A DNA stretch of 44,042 nucleotides from Oligoflexales bacterium. Its GTDB lineage: Bacteria > Bdellovibrionota_B > Oligoflexia > Oligoflexales > Bog-1112. Shown in pieces: positions 37,988-44,042 of the stretch. A program made the position numbers and the translations under genes. The notes under the pieces are model-generated. The model worked only from the letters and a program-made list of their open reading frames with translations, was not told the DNA's origin and searched no databases. The stretch's first letter is position 1, and every line of letters begins with the position of its first letter. The stretch lies in NCBI GenBank assembly GCA_045105515.1, contig JBGCDR010000182.1, forward strand, positions 1 through 44,042, written 5' to 3'.

Positions 37988-38635
37988 ATGAGCCGTCATA
38001 TTCTAAATTTTTTAGCTCTTTTGCATTTTTGTGCTTTATGGAATACCGATGCCTTTGCATTCAAAGATTTTTTTGGAAATTGGCGTTTAGTGTGTCAAGA
38101 ACCATCCGCAGATTCTCTCGATGATAAGGGTAAAATTTATTCATTCGAATCTATGATAATTTGTGAAATATCAGGGAATCAAGGTGCTATAGAAAATTTA
38201 GTCCCAGGAATAATACGTTGGCTAGATTACAATCCTGATTTTAATATCAGAAAAAAGATTCTGTTAGATGATGAGAATGGCCGTTTAAGTTACCAGCTTG
38301 AATTTTTGGAAACACGGGATTCAGGTCATGGTATTATGAAGATACTATCAGATTCTATGTTAGTAACTAAGGATTCGAAATTCTTATTTAGTAGTGTATC
38401 ACGGTCGATAAAAGCTTCAGGTAGTGCTAAGCATACCGTATCTGAAACCTTTGAAGTTGCCTTGAAAAAGAAATATGGTGGTTCTTTTGAAGTGAAGGTA
38501 AGTAAATTTGTGAAAATAAACAAACCTACCATGGCTCCAAAGTCCATATTTATGAGGAAAGTAATTAGAGAAATGACAAAGGATATAGACTTGACTGCAA
38601 ATAAATATGTAAAATTACTTGCATCCTATCTTTAA
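37988..38635 (+). CDS. Hypothetical exported protein
   Basis: AGGA RBS, signal peptide ending AFA, beta-rich body with a C-terminal helix. Confidence 0.78.
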   Translation: MSRHILNFLALLHFCALWNTDAFAFKDFFGNWRLVCQEPSADSLDDKGKIYSFESMIICEISGNQGAIENLVPGIIRWLDYNPDFNIRKKILLDDENGRLSYQLEFLETRDSGHGIMKILSDSMLVTKDSKFLFSSVSRSIKASGSAKHTVSETFEVALKKKYGGSFEVKVSKFVKINKPTMAPKSIFMRKVIREMTKDIDLTANKYVKLLASYL

Positions 38636-38745
38636 TAATAACTTTACCAGCATTCCAACCAGAACTAGATTTAAGGAAAAAAATTATCTCCCAGGATCAA
38701 ATAATGTGAGTATAAATAACTTATTTATAATTTAAATATCTCTAC

Positions 38746-39528
38746 TTAGAACCGATTGCGTACGTTCCATAAATCTGGGAAAGCTGGTTTGAAAAGGCTT
38801 TTTTGGAGGTAGCTTACACCTAAAGATCCTCCGGTACCTTTCTTAAAGCCAATAGTGCGCTCAACCATCTTAACATGCCTGTAGCGCCATTCTTGAGTTC
38901 CCTCGTCCCAATCGACTAATCGTTCACAAAGTTCACCAATGATTGGATCTTCTCGGTAAAGCATCAGAATAATGTTTTCTACTTCTTCATTGCCGTCATA
39001 GTTGTTGGTGAAATTACGTTCGAGGACCGCAGAGGGTACTTCCACTCGATGGTGCTTGTGCAAAAATCTTAAGAAGTTGTCAAAGAGGGTAGGTTCCTCC
39101 AGCATAGATTCTAGTTCTTTGCGCTCACGGCTAGATTCTGGATAGTTTTTAATTTTCTTTGGATCTTTAAAGCCAAGGTAGTATTCAAGCTGTCTAAATT
39201 GGAATGACTGAAATCCGCTTGAACTTTCAAGCCTGTTTCTAAAGCTGGCAAAAGATAAGGGTGTCATGGTTTCAAGAATATCAATCTGCTGAACTAGGGT
39301 TTTCATGACTGTTAATATTCTTTTAATACAAGATTGAAAAACAGCAACTTGGTTATGCTCAAGCGCTTGATTCAGACGTTTTGATTCATGGAGGATTTGC
39401 TTAAACCAAAGTTCATAGGTTTGATGAATAATGATGAATAGCATTTCGTCATGCTCACCTTCCGACAATGGATTTTGAGCACTAAGAACCTGTTCCAACT
39501 TTAGGTAACTGGCATAAGATTGATTCAT
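38746..39528 (-). CDS. kynA: Tryptophan 2,3-dioxygenase
   Basis: YASYLKL, HDEMLFIIIHQTYELWFKQ, SGFQSFQFR, WRYRHVKMVERTIG.K.GTGGS, FPDLW. Confidence 0.96.
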   Translation of the reverse strand: MNQSYASYLKLEQVLSAQNPLSEGEHDEMLFIIIHQTYELWFKQILHESKRLNQALEHNQVAVFQSCIKRILTVMKTLVQQIDILETMTPLSFASFRNRLESSSGFQSFQFRQLEYYLGFKDPKKIKNYPESSRERKELESMLEEPTLFDNFLRFLHKHHRVEVPSAVLERNFTNNYDGNEEVENIILMLYREDPIIGELCERLVDWDEGTQEWRYRHVKMVERTIGFKKGTGGSLGVSYLQKSLFKPAFPDLWNVRNRF

Positions 39529-39611
39529 ATAGGCACCAAATTGTGATTGTGAATTTTGCAATAAGCAAAATTCTTACACGAATAAGGGCATTTGAGCTAT
39601 ATTTAATTTTT

Positions 39612-40091
39612 TTAGTGGGAGCAGTTGGCGCTATGAATATGGCCTGCAGCGATTTCATCAGCTGAAGCAGCTCTGACATCCTTGATTTCGATTTTGAAGT
39701 TCAAGGTTTCGCCAGCTAAAGGATGGTTACCATCTAGGGTCACATCATTACCATCCATGTGAGTAACGGTATAAATCATAGGACCTTCTGGAGTTTCTAC
39801 TTGAAAATGAGCCCCTTCCGCGATTTCTTCATCTGCTTGGAGCTGAGACTTTGGAACATTTGCAACTAGTTCTGAACTATACTCTCCATATGCGTCTTCA
39901 GGTTTTACGGTAACATCTAATTTGTCACCTGTACCTTGACCTTGGATTGCATCTTCCAACCCAGCAATAATATTGCCATGACCAGATAGAAATACAAGAG
40001 GTTCGTTACCACTGGATGAATCTAAAACCTCCCCTTCTTCATCGGACAAGGTATAATCCATAGTAACAACGGTGTTTTTGGCAATTTTCAT
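39612..40091 (-). CDS. slyD: FKBP-type peptidyl-prolyl isomerase SlyD
   Basis: VVTMDYTL, IIAGLE, PEDAYGE, DGNHPLAGETLNF, EIAAGHIH. Confidence 0.95.
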   Translation of the reverse strand: MKIAKNTVVTMDYTLSDEEGEVLDSSSGNEPLVFLSGHGNIIAGLEDAIQGQGTGDKLDVTVKPEDAYGEYSSELVANVPKSQLQADEEIAEGAHFQVETPEGPMIYTVTHMDGNDVTLDGNHPLAGETLNFKIEIKDVRAASADEIAAGHIHSANCSH

Positions 40092-40314
40092 ATAAGTTCC
40101 TAAGTAAAAGTACCATTAATCTGACGGAGTCTACTTAAATATTAACTAAAAATCTATAGCTTTTGTACCAGGAGTTTGATGGCAAGGACAAGTTGATTGG
40201 ATGTCTATTGGAACCGTATAAATACCATGTAAATCAATAAAACATGATGTTCTATCAAAAAATGTAGCCTTGAATTTCAGTGATATCGATCAATACATTC
40301 TTTTAATATGATAG

Positions 40315-40734
40315 GTGGGAAATATGTTTAAAAGGGAGTGTGCATTGGAAATAGAGGGTATTATAGAAAAAAATAAATCAGATGCAGTACATAATTATGA
40401 ATCTCTAGCCCAAAATGGAAATCCTGACAAGGCCGATTCTATTAAGTCACTGTATTGCAACGATGCGAGAATCAGTCCTTTAATACCATCTTTTCTGAGA
40501 AGCTTAAAAATTCAAGTAAGTGAATTAGAAAAGGTAATACTAGCAGACGACGTTCACTTAACGAAAAAAATAATCCATAAGTTAAAAGGGGGGTGCGGAA
40601 GTTATGGTTTTCCAGATTTTTTTGAGGCCTTTTTAGAACTTGAAACCACTTTAACAAGTCATGGATTTTCGGAAAAAATTTTGATTGACAAGTTTACTCT
40701 GCTAAAAAAAATTATCGAGAATGTTGAAGTATAG
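40315..40734 (+). CDS. Stand-alone Hpt phosphotransfer protein
   Basis: IIHKLKGGCGSYGF motif. True start may be 40324 or TTG 40345 (GGGAG RBS). Confidence 0.85.
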   Translation: MGNMFKRECALEIEGIIEKNKSDAVHNYESLAQNGNPDKADSIKSLYCNDARISPLIPSFLRSLKIQVSELEKVILADDVHLTKKIIHKLKGGCGSYGFPDFFEAFLELETTLTSHGFSEKILIDKFTLLKKIIENVEV

Positions 40735-40753
40735 CTAACATTATGGAGCCATT

Positions 40754-42319
40754 ATGAGCCAAACTTTTGATTTTAAGGATTTTTCAGAAATTAGCAATCA
40801 TGCTTTTAGAAATCCAAACAAACCTGCTGTAGTCTCTGGATCTAAATCCCTTAGTTATGGGCAACTCGAAAACATTTCCAATCAAATAGCTAAAAATCTT
40901 AAAAATAATTCTCTTGATGGAGAAATTTTAGTTACTGTACTTCCACACTGTACTGAATTGGTTAGTCTCTATTTTGCTTGTTTTAAAAGTCAAACTATAA
41001 TTTCACCCTTAAATTTTCGTTTTAAATTCAAGGAATTTGAGACAGTTTTAAGGCATACTGTCCCAAAAGTTATTGTGATTCATGAAATGTTTTTAGAAGA
41101 AATATTGAAAGTGGATCAAGATATTGTAGATATGATCGAGTATAAATTTATAATTGGTGAAAAAATAGATATCCATAGATATGATGATTGGAAACCTTTT
41201 CATCAATTAAGCAAGTATGAGGCAAGCGCCAACTTTCAAATTTGTTTACAAAAAAATCTACAAAGGCCTGCTTTAATATTTCATACTTCAGGAACCATAG
41301 GAATCCCTAAGGGTGTTCTGCACACAATGGAATCGGCGATTTATTTTATTCACGGTTCTAAAGCTGCATTTCAATTACATCCTGAACATAGGACCGTAGT
41401 TCTAGCAAACTGCTTTCACTCCGGAGGGTTTTGTCACTTGTTTGCAGCGTTAGTCAGCTGCTCTAGCTGCTACTTACCGTCTTATGTCAGTCAGGTCGAT
41501 TATTTTGATCTTTTCTCAAAAATGTCTGAATACAAGATTAATCATGCATCTCCTCTCAGCTCTACCTGCATAGATTTTGTTGATAAACTCTTTGATTTTC
41601 CTGAAGTTGCAGAACAGCTAGAATTTGTTTCGACAGGGGGGGATAAGACACCCGCTATTATATTTGAAAAGCTATCAAAATCTTTCAATATTAACCTTAC
41701 AAATATTTATGGTTCCACAGAAGCTGGAATAGTATGTGCGAATCACTATCAACAGGGAAAAAAGGCACGAGTAGATTCTATTGGTCAAGTAAGTGATTCC
41801 ATTTATGAAACGAAAATAGTGGACCCCAATGGAAAAGAGGTGAAAGAAGGAGAAACAGGAGAGCTCTGGATTCGAGGAAAATCTGTTTTCAAGGAATATT
41901 ACGGGAATTCAACTGAAACAGTAAAATCTTTTGGACCAGATCGGTGGTATAAAAGCGGTGATTTGGTTTATCAGGATGAGCAAGGCTACCTCCATTTTCA
42001 AGGGAGATGTAAAATGATGATTGTGAGAAATACTTCTAATATTTTTCCTCATGAAATTGAGGAGGTTCTATATACTCACTCAGCGATTGAAAAAGTAGCA
42101 GTCTTAGGGAAACCACACCCAAAAGAAGGAGAGGAACCAATAGCATTTGTTTGTTTAAAATCTAATGCCGATTCGACAAGTGAGTTTGAATTGTTAGAAT
42201 ACTTGAAACCTAGGATTTCAGAATTTAAGATACCAGCTAGGATCTATATTCGAAATTTTCTTCCGGAAACTTCAACTCGGAAAATTGATCGCAAGTCTTT
42301 ACTTAGTACGATTGGCTAA
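40754..42319 (+). CDS. AMP-dependent acyl-CoA synthetase (adenylate-forming enzyme)
   Basis: FHTSGTIGIPKG, YGSTE, GELWIRG, KSGD, GR.K, EIEEVL, LPETSTRKIDR. Confidence 0.93.
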   Translation: MSQTFDFKDFSEISNHAFRNPNKPAVVSGSKSLSYGQLENISNQIAKNLKNNSLDGEILVTVLPHCTELVSLYFACFKSQTIISPLNFRFKFKEFETVLRHTVPKVIVIHEMFLEEILKVDQDIVDMIEYKFIIGEKIDIHRYDDWKPFHQLSKYEASANFQICLQKNLQRPALIFHTSGTIGIPKGVLHTMESAIYFIHGSKAAFQLHPEHRTVVLANCFHSGGFCHLFAALVSCSSCYLPSYVSQVDYFDLFSKMSEYKINHASPLSSTCIDFVDKLFDFPEVAEQLEFVSTGGDKTPAIIFEKLSKSFNINLTNIYGSTEAGIVCANHYQQGKKARVDSIGQVSDSIYETKIVDPNGKEVKEGETGELWIRGKSVFKEYYGNSTETVKSFGPDRWYKSGDLVYQDEQGYLHFQGRCKMMIVRNTSNIFPHEIEEVLYTHSAIEKVAVLGKPHPKEGEEPIAFVCLKSNADSTSEFELLEYLKPRISEFKIPARIYIRNFLPETSTRKIDRKSLLSTIG

Positions 42320-42519
42320 TATTAGTATACCTTTTTTTTAAATACATTAATGTTGTTAAAAATTTGCTCTTACCATGAATATATTCAGACATTAGTGCAT
42401 ATCTTTTCATTTCTTTCACAATTTTCTTATATTATAATTTTAAAAAAGAGAATATCATAATAATATCTGGAATAAATGAATTTTATTGATCTGTTTTAAT
42501 ACTAAGGAGATCCAACACT

Positions 42520-43818
42520 GTGAATAAAAAGTTGATTATATTGTTCATTGTAGTGCTTACTCATTTGTCTTGTGCAAGCCTACCACCTTCATTAGAAGAA
42601 AAATCTCTTATAGAATTCGAAGAGATTCCAAGCGATTTTTCTCATAAATTTCATAAAAAATCGTTTCCATTTGTAGGTGCAGCTGTAATTGACTATGATG
42701 GAGATGGAAAAAAAGAAATATTTATCTCTGGAAGTTTAGGACAAGGTGATGCTCTCTTAAGCTACAGAAAAGGAAAACTCCACAACATAATTGCAGACAC
42801 TAGAATTTCACATTTAAAGGCTGCTTATGGAGCCTGTGCAATTGATATTAATCACAATGGCCGAGAAGATTTATTGGTGACAAGAGAAGATGGTCTCTAC
42901 CTATACCTTAACAAAGGAGGAAAATTTACCGAAAAAAAAATACCTGTCAAATTTGAAGAAGATGCTGTCCCCGTCGCAGTTACGGTTGCAGATATTAATA
43001 GAGATGGAAATATAGATATATATTTGAGTGTTTTTATATCATTGGATAAATTTAGAAGTGCGGTTTTTAATGACCCAAAACACGCGAAAAGAAATGTTTT
43101 ACTGTTAGGGGGCGACAATTTAACGTTTCGAGACGTGACTCAGTCATCAGGTGTAGGTGGTAAACAAAATACTTTTCTAGCCACTTTTGTTGATTTGGAT
43201 TTAGATGGTTGGCCAGATCTCGTTCTTTCTCAGAATACGGGTGAAATAGAGATTTATCGAAATATGAAAAATTCAAGTTTTAGTCAAATAGATCCTATAG
43301 TAGGTCTTGGTTTTTGGATGGGTCTTGCAATTGGGGATTATGATAATGATGGAGACCAGGATATTTTTTCTAGCAATGCGGGCAATTCTATTCCTTCTTT
43401 TATGGTTAGAGGAGATTTAAGAGATGATCAAAATCAGGATTTAGAATGGGTACTTTTAAGAAATGAAGGTAACTTTAAATTTACAAATGAAACCCAATCC
43501 ACAGGATTAACAGGTTATGGCTTCTCATGGGGAGCAGTTTTTGAAGATCTAAACCTAGATGGAAATTTGGATTTGATGGTTGCGCAAAACTATATTGGTT
43601 GGCCTGTTCATAATCTCTTTAAAAGCGATGGAAAAGTATTTCTTCAAGATAGGAATAAAAAATTAGCAAGATTTTACCCAACAAAGTCTCTTGGAATGGC
43701 AAATCCGTTCTATGGTATGACCCCTTTGGTTGTTGATTTTAACAACGATAATAGACAAGATATTATTTGGGTAAATTTGGATGATTCTCCAAGAGCTTTT
43801 CTCAATAGAGTTGTCTAA
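42520..43818 (+). CDS. CRTAC1-family FG-GAP/VCBS-repeat lipoprotein, probably C-terminally truncated
   Basis: AAGGAG RBS, lipobox-like HLSC, seven DxDxDGxxD-type motifs. Stops three codons after RAFLN with no ASPIC/UnbV domain. Confidence 0.85.
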   Translation: MNKKLIILFIVVLTHLSCASLPPSLEEKSLIEFEEIPSDFSHKFHKKSFPFVGAAVIDYDGDGKKEIFISGSLGQGDALLSYRKGKLHNIIADTRISHLKAAYGACAIDINHNGREDLLVTREDGLYLYLNKGGKFTEKKIPVKFEEDAVPVAVTVADINRDGNIDIYLSVFISLDKFRSAVFNDPKHAKRNVLLLGGDNLTFRDVTQSSGVGGKQNTFLATFVDLDLDGWPDLVLSQNTGEIEIYRNMKNSSFSQIDPIVGLGFWMGLAIGDYDNDGDQDIFSSNAGNSIPSFMVRGDLRDDQNQDLEWVLLRNEGNFKFTNETQSTGLTGYGFSWGAVFEDLNLDGNLDLMVAQNYIGWPVHNLFKSDGKVFLQDRNKKLARFYPTKSLGMANPFYGMTPLVVDFNNDNRQDIIWVNLDDSPRAFLNRVV

Positions 43819-44042
43819 TTTTTTAACCGGCTAATATTATTATTTTATATGATTATTATGTAAATATTGATAAGCTGATCCCAAACGTAATTCTGGGAGG
43901 GATTGATATGTTTATTTTCATGTTACCGGAAAGACAAGTGAAATCATTGACTGGCTTAAGCAAGGCTAAAATCGTTAAGATGGTTCCATCATTTTCCGAA
44001 GCCTACAGGGAATTAAAGGCCAGCAAAGGTAAGGGCAAGAAT
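43806..44042 (+). mobile_element. Probable left end of an IS5-family (ISL2-group-like) insertion sequence with transposase N-terminus at 43908->44042
   Basis: GGGAGG RBS then MFIFMLPERQVKSLTGLSKAKIVKMVPSFSEAYRELKASKGKGKN, open to the window edge. R..x.LTGL....F..L...F..AY resembles N-termini of DDE_Tnp_4/HTH_Tnp_4 transposases. Left boundary inferred from the upstream truncation. Confidence 0.5.

Noticed and set aside
38711..38729. Palindrome TATAAATAA-C-TTATTTATA between convergent genes as a terminator
   Set aside because: All-AT stem is too weak to call and likely by chance in this context.
1..44042. CRISPR arrays, tRNA/rRNA genes, prophage or known anti-phage defence operons
   Set aside because: No regularly spaced repeats, structural RNA signatures, or phage/defence motifs were seen by eye. 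A covariance-model scan was not possible.

Overview
AT-rich bacterial chromosome segment. The gene families and promoter motifs suggest Oligoflexia/Bdellovibrionota (inference). Recognisable genes: acyl-CoA dehydrogenase, photolyase, gltB-gltD, kynA, slyD, an AMP-dependent ligase, a receiver-histidine kinase, a Ser/Thr kinase-AAA-GAF-histidine kinase, a fused membrane/spermidine-synthase-like protein and a trypsin-like lipoprotein. Many orphan exported proteins lie between them. The best novelty candidates are (i) a secreted protein (460-1911) joining a FYVE-type 8-Cys zinc finger to an apolipoprotein-L-like membrane-inserting domain, directly behind a possible patatin gene, and (ii) a secreted compact lipoxygenase-like metalloprotein (29946-31469). 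The 5.1-10.7 kb zone is decaying: it holds renalase-family and GbsR/MarR pseudogenes and a collapsed group 3b [NiFe]-hydrogenase operon around an intact photolyase. Also present are five sigma28-like promoters, a 14-bp perfect operator-like inverted repeat, a Fur-like box before gltB, an unannotated 47-aa zinc-finger ORF, and a probable IS that truncates a CRTAC1-family gene at the right edge. All family calls come from reading motifs by eye; no searches were run.
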